Positions 57,169 to 64,000 of a stretch of DNA of 64,000 nucleotides are shown here, in pieces (the stretch's first letter is position 1; each line of letters begins with the position of its first letter). The stretch is from contig CAZGNC010000001.1 in the NCBI GenBank assembly GCA_964527235.1, positions 83,220 through 147,219 of the forward strand, in the 5' to 3' direction. The notes beneath the pieces are model-generated. The model made no database searches, was not told the origin of the DNA, and saw only the letters and a list, made by a program, of their open reading frames with translations. The translations under genes were made by a program, and so were the position numbers. The DNA comes from an uncultured Candidatus Saccharibacteria bacterium (GTDB lineage: Bacteria; Patescibacteriota; Minisyncoccia; Phycocordibacterales; UBA9973).

Positions 57169-58053
57169 ATGAATAAATATTTACGATACTTTTTTATAGG
57201 AATTATTTTTTTTCTCAGTCCTCTAGCCACCATACTAGCAGCGGAGGTTTCTTTCGATGCACCGAAGCAAGTATACTTAGGTGAAGTTTTTAATGTTCCG
57301 GTAAATGTGGACAGTGGTGGGGTAATGATTAATTCTGTTGATTTGTCTATAGATTTCAATGAAGATATGATTGTTTTTTCAGGCTATAAGAGTGATGACG
57401 GAATTGTGAAGCTATGGGTTAAATCCCCAACTGACGAGAATGGTGTGCTCAAAATGAGTGGGATTATTCCTGGTGGAGTGTCAGGCCTGTATGATCCTAA
57501 AGAGAGTGGATTAAGAGCCGTGCCAGTGGTAAGTTTAATTTTCACTGCAAATAAGACTGGCAATGCCGAATTTTATTTTACAGATTCTAAAGTTTTCAAA
57601 CATGATGGTAAGGGTACTGAGATTGAACATCAACGATCTAGCGCTTCAGTCACGATTGTAGATGATCCAGATTCTGATCCTAGTATCGTTAAAGATATAA
57701 ATATTACTGATACTGATAAACCAGAGCCCTTCGAGATGGTTTTCCTAAATTCAGCATTCTTTGGTCGCACACCTTCTATGATTATTTTTGAAACTACTGA
57801 CAAAACTTCTGGGGTTAAGGAGTTTCGCATGAAGGCTGTAGGTGATACATGGTTTACGGTAAAAAGTCCGTATCCTGTGTCTAAAGGTCTTTTCCCTAGG
57901 AGTGTGGTTGTTAGGGCTTATGATTTTTATGATAATTTTCAAGAAAGTTCTGTGAGAGTGCCAGGCATCATGGGTTCGAAGTTCTTCTGGGGCTTTGTTG
58001 TCTGGTTGTTGTTTTGTTTGGGAGTATATAAAGTGTTAAAATATAAATCATGA
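57169..58053 (+). CDS. Cohesin-like domain protein with C-terminal TM anchor
   Basis: SP, then AEVSFDAPKQVYLGEVFNVPVNVDSGGVMINSVDLSIDFNEDMIVFSGY...GVLKMSGII, the cohesin beta-sandwich pattern. C-terminal TM FFWGFVVWLLFCLGVY. Confidence 0.6.
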   Translation: MNKYLRYFFIGIIFFLSPLATILAAEVSFDAPKQVYLGEVFNVPVNVDSGGVMINSVDLSIDFNEDMIVFSGYKSDDGIVKLWVKSPTDENGVLKMSGIIPGGVSGLYDPKESGLRAVPVVSLIFTANKTGNAEFYFTDSKVFKHDGKGTEIEHQRSSASVTIVDDPDSDPSIVKDINITDTDKPEPFEMVFLNSAFFGRTPSMIIFETTDKTSGVKEFRMKAVGDTWFTVKSPYPVSKGLFPRSVVVRAYDFYDNFQESSVRVPGIMGSKFFWGFVVWLLFCLGVYKVLKYKS

Positions 58054-59168
58054 GAGCTATTTTAAATTCCAAGGTCTTCAGTATATTGCTGTTTGGCTTC
58101 CTAATAGCTAATGTGGCTCACGCACAAACTCCTAGCGTATTTTTCAGCACACCGCCTAAGCAGATTCACGAGGGTGAGAGGCTGACTGTTGATGTAAAAA
58201 TTCAATCACCAGGTAAGTCCGTAAACGCTATTTCTGGAGTTATTTCGTATCCAGAAAGTTTGGTGAATGTCGCTTCAATTTCAAAAGACAAGAGCATCAT
58301 CAATATTTGGACCCGTGAACCGAAAGCCAGTAAGGGCCGAATTGTGTTTGAGGGTGTTGCGCTCAATCCAGGATTCGAAGGTTACAATGGTTTGGTTTTT
58401 AGGATTACCTTTGAAGCAAAACGCACAGGCACTGTGTTCCTCAAGATTACCGAAGGGGCGGTGTTGGCGAACGATGGTCGGGGTACGAATGTTCTAGCTA
58501 GTTTGGGTTCTACTAACTTCAATATTATCCAAGGTCTTACTCCTGCACCAACTATTGCCGAAGTAATAACCCCAGAAGGTGGCACCAAGCTAACCGCCTT
58601 GCCTGTCATCATTGAATATTCACCTTTAGTTAATACTAAAGAAGGACTCTTTGTAAAAGGTAAAGGCGAGCCGAATGCTCTAACCAAGATTGTTTTCAAA
58701 GATGTCTCAGTCAAGTCTATAGGCGAGCAATTAATTGCAATGCTTCAGACTAAGAAGAAAAAGCTTAATGAAGTTTTGGTTCAAAACGATGAGATTGGCG
58801 GATTCAATTATATTAGCCCTAAGAACTTAGTTGCAGGGGTGTATAATGCAACGCCGTTCTTGGTTGAAGAGAGTACCAACACAGAGAAGCCTGGTTTTGG
58901 TGTTCAGCTTCTGGTTGACGATAGTAAGATAGTGAAGTGGCTTGTGGTGTTGATAAATGTATTAGGATTGTTGATTCCGGTTGTCGCATTGATCGTTGTT
59001 ATATACTTTATTCCTTGGTATTCCTTTAGACGAATGCGGGTGATTAAGAAGAAGCTTGGGTTAGAAGAGGAACAGCTAGACCTCACCGAGCATCAGCTAG
59101 AACGGCAAGACAAAAGTCAGGATAAGCCTCTTATTCCACCTTTCATACCACCCACAGGTACGCAATAA
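58050..59168 (+). CDS. Cohesin-like domain protein with C-terminal TM anchor and coiled-coil or Pro-rich tail
   Basis: SP, then PPKQIHEGERLTVDVKIQSPGKSVNAISGVISYPESLVNVASI...GLVFRITFEAKRTGTVFLKITEGAVL. C-terminal TM WLVVLINVLGLLIPVVALIVVIYFIPWY. Confidence 0.6.
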   Translation: MRAILNSKVFSILLFGFLIANVAHAQTPSVFFSTPPKQIHEGERLTVDVKIQSPGKSVNAISGVISYPESLVNVASISKDKSIINIWTREPKASKGRIVFEGVALNPGFEGYNGLVFRITFEAKRTGTVFLKITEGAVLANDGRGTNVLASLGSTNFNIIQGLTPAPTIAEVITPEGGTKLTALPVIIEYSPLVNTKEGLFVKGKGEPNALTKIVFKDVSVKSIGEQLIAMLQTKKKKLNEVLVQNDEIGGFNYISPKNLVAGVYNATPFLVEESTNTEKPGFGVQLLVDDSKIVKWLVVLINVLGLLIPVVALIVVIYFIPWYSFRRMRVIKKKLGLEEEQLDLTEHQLERQDKSQDKPLIPPFIPPTGTQ

Positions 59169-59211
59169 TTTCGTTGTTTTATCTACTTAATGTGATATTA
59201 TTAATGGCAAG

Positions 59212-60306
59212 ATGAGGATGTCTAGGTATAATTTTATACTCGCTTTAGTTCTATTTTTGGCTGCTTTTCCAGTATTTGGACAGACAAGTGATTTACTTTC
59301 CCCTGAAGAAGAATTATGGTTAAAGTCTCGCAACAATACCATAGTAGTTTATCCCGAGAAAAACAATCCTCCTTTTTCTTACACTAGTGCCAGTGGCAAC
59401 ATTCAAGGTCTAGCCATTGATTTCATTGAACTAATCGCTGAAAAAATAGATGCTAAGGTTGTTTATTTATTGCCACAGTCTCGCAGCCAAGTTTTAAATG
59501 ATTTCAAACAAGGCAAGGGTGATGTTGTGATCGGTGTTATGGACACAGAGAGTCGAGGCGCAGAACTTATTTTTTCTGATTCTTTTGTCACCGTGCCGAC
59601 TGTGATAGTAGTTAGGAAAGATTTTGAAAAAAGAAAAGCTCTAACTCTCAATGATTTTAACGGGAAGAGAGTTGCGATGGTTGATGACTCTGCTTTGGAG
59701 GAATATGTGAAGAAAAATTATCCCAGAGTTGTTATAGAAGACGTTACCGATGACGAGGTGAGTTTACAGCAGGTCATACTTGGTGAAGTCGATGCTGCAG
59801 TGATGGATATAGCATCTCTATCTTTTTATCTTTCAAAGCAAGTTCTTAGTAGTGTAAAAGTAGTAGGGAATACTGGGCTTGATTACAAGCCTGCCATGGC
59901 GCTTCTCCCCAACAACACCATTCTGCAATCAATATTAGAGAAGGGCATGACTCAGATTAGCACCACTGATCGCAGTGTTTTAAATGACAAATGGATTATT
60001 ACACCAGGAGAACCCGAGACAGAAAGCCCCGTCTTAGATATCTTTCAGGGACATGCTGATATTATAGTACCTTATGCTTTGCTGGTTTTAGTATTAGTTA
60101 TTGTTGCTTTCAGGCTTGTGTCTCATAGGCGCCATGATTTAGAGCATTTACATAAAGTAGATACAGTGGTAGATCTTAAAAAAGAAGTCTCTGAGCTAGA
60201 GAGCACTAACGACATATTGGCTGCTGAGATGAGATTGATAAAAGAAAAAGAAGATAAACTTCAAGAGAAAATAAACTCTATAGCCCAAGAACACACACAA
60301 CCATAG
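59212..60306 (+). CDS. Periplasmic substrate-binding (SBP_bac_3-like) domain fused to a TM helix and C-terminal coiled coil, with no output domain
   Basis: SP. SBP-like NTIVVYPEKNNPPFSY...GLAIDFIELIAEKI. TM IIVPYALLVLVLVIVAF. Coiled coil to the C-terminus. Confidence 0.55.
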   Translation: MRMSRYNFILALVLFLAAFPVFGQTSDLLSPEEELWLKSRNNTIVVYPEKNNPPFSYTSASGNIQGLAIDFIELIAEKIDAKVVYLLPQSRSQVLNDFKQGKGDVVIGVMDTESRGAELIFSDSFVTVPTVIVVRKDFEKRKALTLNDFNGKRVAMVDDSALEEYVKKNYPRVVIEDVTDDEVSLQQVILGEVDAAVMDIASLSFYLSKQVLSSVKVVGNTGLDYKPAMALLPNNTILQSILEKGMTQISTTDRSVLNDKWIITPGEPETESPVLDIFQGHADIIVPYALLVLVLVIVAFRLVSHRRHDLEHLHKVDTVVDLKKEVSELESTNDILAAEMRLIKEKEDKLQEKINSIAQEHTQP

Positions 60307-60405
60307 AAGTGCTTAAAAATTTCTTTACTTTTTAGGGGTGTATTCACACCAAAATGTATTGCGTTAATATCTCAATATAGTAAAATTAAGCTAAGTAGAT
60401 ATTTT

Positions 60406-61212
60406 ATGGTGAGTCAAAAAAAATCTTCAAATTTTAATTCAAAAAACACTTCTAAAAAAAGTAATGTTTTGCGCGTTCAAGTAGATGGAATTTACAAGAA
60501 AAGAAAATTTACTGAAGTAAAAGACGAAAAAGTTGTATGCAATTTAAGTAGTATAGATAGTGATAAAGTTGAAGAAATTAATTCAGTAGATGATAACAGG
60601 CGTCTATTTCTGAAAGCTGCTGGTGTTGCTGGTTTGGGCTTGGCGGCAGGGGCTTTATTTCCAAAAGGTGCTGAGGCGTACGTTGCTGGTAGTACGCCGA
60701 CTTCAAATGTCGTGGGGTCTAAGGACGCTTCAAACGTCCGAATAAATCCAGCCAAAGAAGATGGCAACTTAGCAACTATTGCTGGGAAAGACTTTGCCAC
60801 ACAGACAACCCTGGCGGCGATGAAAGCCAAGACGGATTTACTGACTTTCGATGGTAGTAATAATCTTCTAACTGCGTCTAGTGGTGGAGCTTCATCTGTT
60901 AAAATAAAAGATACTTCGAATACCGAAGTAAACCCTGCCACAGAAGATAGCATGATGTTGCTTAGAAGAATTCTAAGACAAATGGACTCATTGGCTGTCG
61001 TAGATTCTGCGCAAAGACAGAAAGTCACAGTTGAAGGTGCAACTATTACAAGTGGAACCATTACGACAGTAACCACAGTAACCACAGTTTCTACTCTAAC
61101 TTCAGCAACTAACTTAGTTGCACTCGGAGGTGTGGATGGTAGGTATTTATATATTGATACTGCACGAAATGCTTCAGCGAATGGTATTAGAGGTAACTTA
61201 TTATTTTCATAA
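60406..61212 (+). CDS. Hypothetical Thr-rich protein with an internal twin-arginine-like motif (NRRLFLKAAGVAGLGLAAGALF)
   Basis: RRLFLK plus a hydrophobic stretch at aa ~64-90. Ends at a TAA that is in frame with, and 3 nt before, the next large ORF. Confidence 0.45.
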   Translation: MVSQKKSSNFNSKNTSKKSNVLRVQVDGIYKKRKFTEVKDEKVVCNLSSIDSDKVEEINSVDDNRRLFLKAAGVAGLGLAAGALFPKGAEAYVAGSTPTSNVVGSKDASNVRINPAKEDGNLATIAGKDFATQTTLAAMKAKTDLLTFDGSNNLLTASSGGASSVKIKDTSNTEVNPATEDSMMLLRRILRQMDSLAVVDSAQRQKVTVEGATITSGTITTVTTVTTVSTLTSATNLVALGGVDGRYLYIDTARNASANGIRGNLLFS

Positions 61213-61215
61213 TAT

Positions 61216-64000
61216 ATGGCTGTTACAAATAATCTTAAAGCTCAAGTAGATTTACCCGTATGGGAATGGTGTAGATTTGCCCCTACTGCTTCTGTTGCTC
61301 TTTCAGGTATGGCCACCGCTGATGATGGGACAGCTAGGTTTATATATTACATGACAACAGCGACTTTCTATCGCTATGATACTTATGCTGATACATGGCA
61401 ACAGCTCGCTACTCCTAACACTACTCCTGTTACTATTCTTTCTTTACGATATACAGGATTTCGTGGTTATCACGGTAGAGTGTTGAGTGCGACAAGTACC
61501 ACAGTGCAAATTCCTGGCCTTAGGGGGCCAACGCTAAATGGTAAGACTTTAAAAATATTAAGTGGCACGGGTATGGGTCAGGAGAGAGTGTTGACTTACA
61601 CGGGGGAAACTATTCATGATGCTGGGGTTATCACAGGTACCACGACAGCTACATTGGTGGACTCCACAAAGAAGTGGAGGTTCAATCAATGGTCGGGTTA
61701 CCTTGTTGGTATAACTTTCGGTACAGATGCGACTCAGTACAAGAAGATTCTATACAATGATGCTACCACTCTTTATATCCAGGATTCAAACTTACAACCA
61801 CAGGATCCATGGAATAACCAGATTTTCGTTGCAGCAGCACCTTATGCATTACCTGTTACTACTGCAGGTTCTCAGGCACATTTTCAGATTTTATCTAGTA
61901 CATTCTCAGTAGCTTCATGGGATGTTACTCCGGATTATACTTCTTACTTTACTACCACAACTGGTGGAATTTATTTACTTTCCTCAGCCGCTGCTGCGCC
62001 ATTCTTTACTTTACAGTATTACGATATTATCCATGATTCATGGCAAACTAAAACTTGTAACCAGGGTTTAATTCAGGCTGCATTTGGTACTGATTGTACT
62101 TTTGAAAGATTGGCAAAGACAGGTACAGCTTTTCTTTCATCAACTGCTACGGCTGGGTCAGCACGTACTGTCACTGATTCTGTGCAGACTTTAACAGTAG
62201 ATAGATATGCCAATTATAGAATTTTAATCACTGGCGGTACTGGTATTGGTCAAAGCCGAAGAATCATTTGCAACACTACCACCGTGTTTACAGTCAATAA
62301 GGCCTGGGATGTTACACCTGACAATACTTCTACTTATGAAATATGGGGAGATTACGACAAAGCATTTATGGCAGGAGGTGCAGCAGGTGCTTTGTATGCT
62401 TATTCTCCGAGTAATGATTTTTGGATGCAGGGACAGAGCTTCGATGATGGAATTGTAGCTAACATCGCAGTAAAGATGAATGGCTGGGAAGCCCTAGGTG
62501 TAACTTCTGGAGTAAGAATTGCTTCGGGAGTTACAGCAGTGAATCCTGTTCCGACCGCGGGTGGGACAGGATATGTGGTTGGAGATATTTTAACTTGCTC
62601 TGTTGGTGGTACAGGTGCTCGTGTGATAGTTACTTCTACTACATTTTCTGGTTCCTCTGGTGTTGTCACCGGTATTGAACTTGTTGCCTCTGGTACTGTA
62701 ACTGGTTTTACTACAGGCACTGGTAAGGCTACTACCGGTGGTACTGGTACAGGATGCACAATAGAAATAACTTCAGTGGGGGCTACTTGTTTAGTAACCA
62801 CTGCTTCAGCAAACTGGTTTAAGACAGGGGATTCTGTAACTTTCTCTGGTTGCACCGAAGCTGCATATAATGCTGCCCATACTATCTTAGGAGTTGGAAG
62901 TACTACAACTTTTGATGTTGCTGTTTCTGCTACAGCTAACATGGCAGCAAGTAATTCTCAGTCGACAACTGTTATAGTTGACCCTACAAAGAGCTGGACG
63001 ACTAATGAGCACGTAGGTAAGTTGGTGCACCTTTCTGTGGCTGGTACTGCACCTACTGCGCAGATAAGATGGATTACCGCGAATACTGCAACAACTTTAA
63101 CTGTTGCAACTATAGTTGCGGGTGTTAATGGTACTTCAAAGTATGCAATTTACGATTCTAAAGTCTTCGGAACTGATAATCAATTCAAACCAGCTAATCA
63201 GCAAAATTGGGGTCATGCTTCTAGTGGATCTACCACTACTTTAGTAGATTCTTCAAAAAGTTGGGTTACCAACTGTTGGGCGGGTTATAAACTTCGCATA
63301 GAGTCTGGCACTGGCTTCGCTTCGGGAATTATTTCTATTGTTTCAAATACTGCTACGACTTTAACCTATGCGTCACAATCTTTTACCCCTGATGCTACTA
63401 CTCACTATGAAATTGCTGATAGTTGGGGTTTGATAACTGCCGGTGGTACTACTACACCTGTTACCGAAACGACTACGAAAAACTGGACTACTAACATGTG
63501 GGCAGGAAAAAGATTGCGAATCACAGGAGGCACAGCTTTAGGGCAGGAGGGAACTATAACCTCAAACACTGCTACAGCTCTCACCACTGCAGCGCTTACT
63601 TTGACTGATACGACTTCTACATATGCAATTCTTGGCATCCCAGCTCGTGGTGCAGGTATTCAGTTGATTTGGCTATGGAATAATTCAGATTCCACCACTA
63701 AGGGTAAATATATGTTCTTGCCGAGAGGTGGAGCGTCTAACACTGCTGATATATATGACATCACGACCTCTCGTTGGATATATGGGTACTTTTATTCACC
63801 GCAGGCAGAAACTCTTACCACTGGGTCAATGTATGCATATGATGGTCATAACACTATTTACTTCCAAAAAGATGCAACAGGAAGAGTGTATGCATATAAT
63901 TTTACCACCAATGATATTAAATTATTAGGTACTATACCTTACGGACACTCCACGGCTATAGTTGGTAATAGAATGGAGATAATAGAAACAGCAGATGGTT
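61216..64000 (+). CDS. Partial (>928 aa, open at the window end) giant repeat protein with ~50-aa [ST]K-x-W-x-x-N-x-W-x-G...GTG-x-GQ...NT-x-T-x-LT repeats and a C-terminal Kelch/beta-propeller-like region
   Basis: Frame 1 from the ATG at 61216 stays open to position 64000. It is absent from the track because no stop lies in the window. Repeats include STTVIVDPTKSWTTNEHVGKLVHL..., STTTLVDSSKSWVTNCWAGYKLRIESGTGFASG...NTATTLTY and TKNWTTNMWAGKRLRITGGTALGQEGTITSNTATALT. Confidence 0.6.
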   Translation, partial: MAVTNNLKAQVDLPVWEWCRFAPTASVALSGMATADDGTARFIYYMTTATFYRYDTYADTWQQLATPNTTPVTILSLRYTGFRGYHGRVLSATSTTVQIPGLRGPTLNGKTLKILSGTGMGQERVLTYTGETIHDAGVITGTTTATLVDSTKKWRFNQWSGYLVGITFGTDATQYKKILYNDATTLYIQDSNLQPQDPWNNQIFVAAAPYALPVTTAGSQAHFQILSSTFSVASWDVTPDYTSYFTTTTGGIYLLSSAAAAPFFTLQYYDIIHDSWQTKTCNQGLIQAAFGTDCTFERLAKTGTAFLSSTATAGSARTVTDSVQTLTVDRYANYRILITGGTGIGQSRRIICNTTTVFTVNKAWDVTPDNTSTYEIWGDYDKAFMAGGAAGALYAYSPSNDFWMQGQSFDDGIVANIAVKMNGWEALGVTSGVRIASGVTAVNPVPTAGGTGYVVGDILTCSVGGTGARVIVTSTTFSGSSGVVTGIELVASGTVTGFTTGTGKATTGGTGTGCTIEITSVGATCLVTTASANWFKTGDSVTFSGCTEAAYNAAHTILGVGSTTTFDVAVSATANMAASNSQSTTVIVDPTKSWTTNEHVGKLVHLSVAGTAPTAQIRWITANTATTLTVATIVAGVNGTSKYAIYDSKVFGTDNQFKPANQQNWGHASSGSTTTLVDSSKSWVTNCWAGYKLRIESGTGFASGIISIVSNTATTLTYASQSFTPDATTHYEIADSWGLITAGGTTTPVTETTTKNWTTNMWAGKRLRITGGTALGQEGTITSNTATALTTAALTLTDTTSTYAILGIPARGAGIQLIWLWNNSDSTTKGKYMFLPRGGASNTADIYDITTSRWIYGYFYSPQAETLTTGSMYAYDGHNTIYFQKDATGRVYAYNFTTNDIKLLGTIPYGHSTAIVGNRMEIIETADG

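Noticed and set aside
1-64000. Possibility of an alternative genetic code (UGA recoding, code 25) given the CPR-like features
   Set aside because: Long conserved genes (dnaE, hisS, tgt, clp-like, giant surface proteins) are uninterrupted under the standard code, so code 11 fits.

Overview
This window is AT-rich and gene-dense, and looks like a reduced Patescibacteria/CPR-type genome. Genes are short and there is a split transketolase. Native genes mostly lack Shine-Dalgarno sequences and instead carry an extended -10 box 6-8 nt upstream of the ATG. Housekeeping content: mreB (3' end), mreC, tgt, an arginine-decarboxylase-like PLP enzyme, DUF192, RNase P RNA (rnpB, minus strand, reverse-strand match to the type-A core), a membrane-anchored Clp-like double-AAA+ ATPase, divergent tRNA-Ala(UGC)/tRNA-Asn(GUU), HIT hydrolase, sigma-70/ECF-type sigma factor, Hsp20, DUF1428, HPF, the lepB-hisS-def-fmt operon, pth, dnaE, and a pentose-phosphate block (gap, rpiB, rpe, split tkt). 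Accessory content: (1) A ~4 kb high-GC island (~6.6-10.75 kb) abutting the 3' end of tRNA-Ala. It encodes three envelope proteins typical of diderm bacteria (PEGA-domain lipoprotein with lipobox, an inverted OmpA-domain protein, a small beta-barrel OMP-like protein) and a 20-aa micro-gene. All use canonical SD sequences, unlike the host genes, so the island is either horizontally acquired or an assembly chimera. (2) Several further GC-rich mini-modules each encode small SD-driven ORFs. (3) A large cell-surface locus (33-44 kb and 52-64 kb) contains giant secreted proteins: a 1153-aa SH3/FN3/Ig-like protein, a 1937-aa Gly-rich fibre-like protein, and an open-ended >928-aa protein with a ~50-aa W-x-x-N-x-W-x-G repeat that appears novel. 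It also holds paralogous secreted proteins with divergent N- and conserved C-termini, a DUF916-like anchored protein, and a compact cohesin-dockerin trio. (4) An rmlA/rmlB/GtrA/C-methyltransferase deoxysugar cluster sits next to the surface locus. The most interesting candidates for an undescribed system are the cohesin-dockerin surface-display module with its neighbouring variable adhesin-like paralogs, and the foreign diderm-envelope island at the tRNA. No CRISPR array, reverse transcriptase, integrase or transposase was seen.
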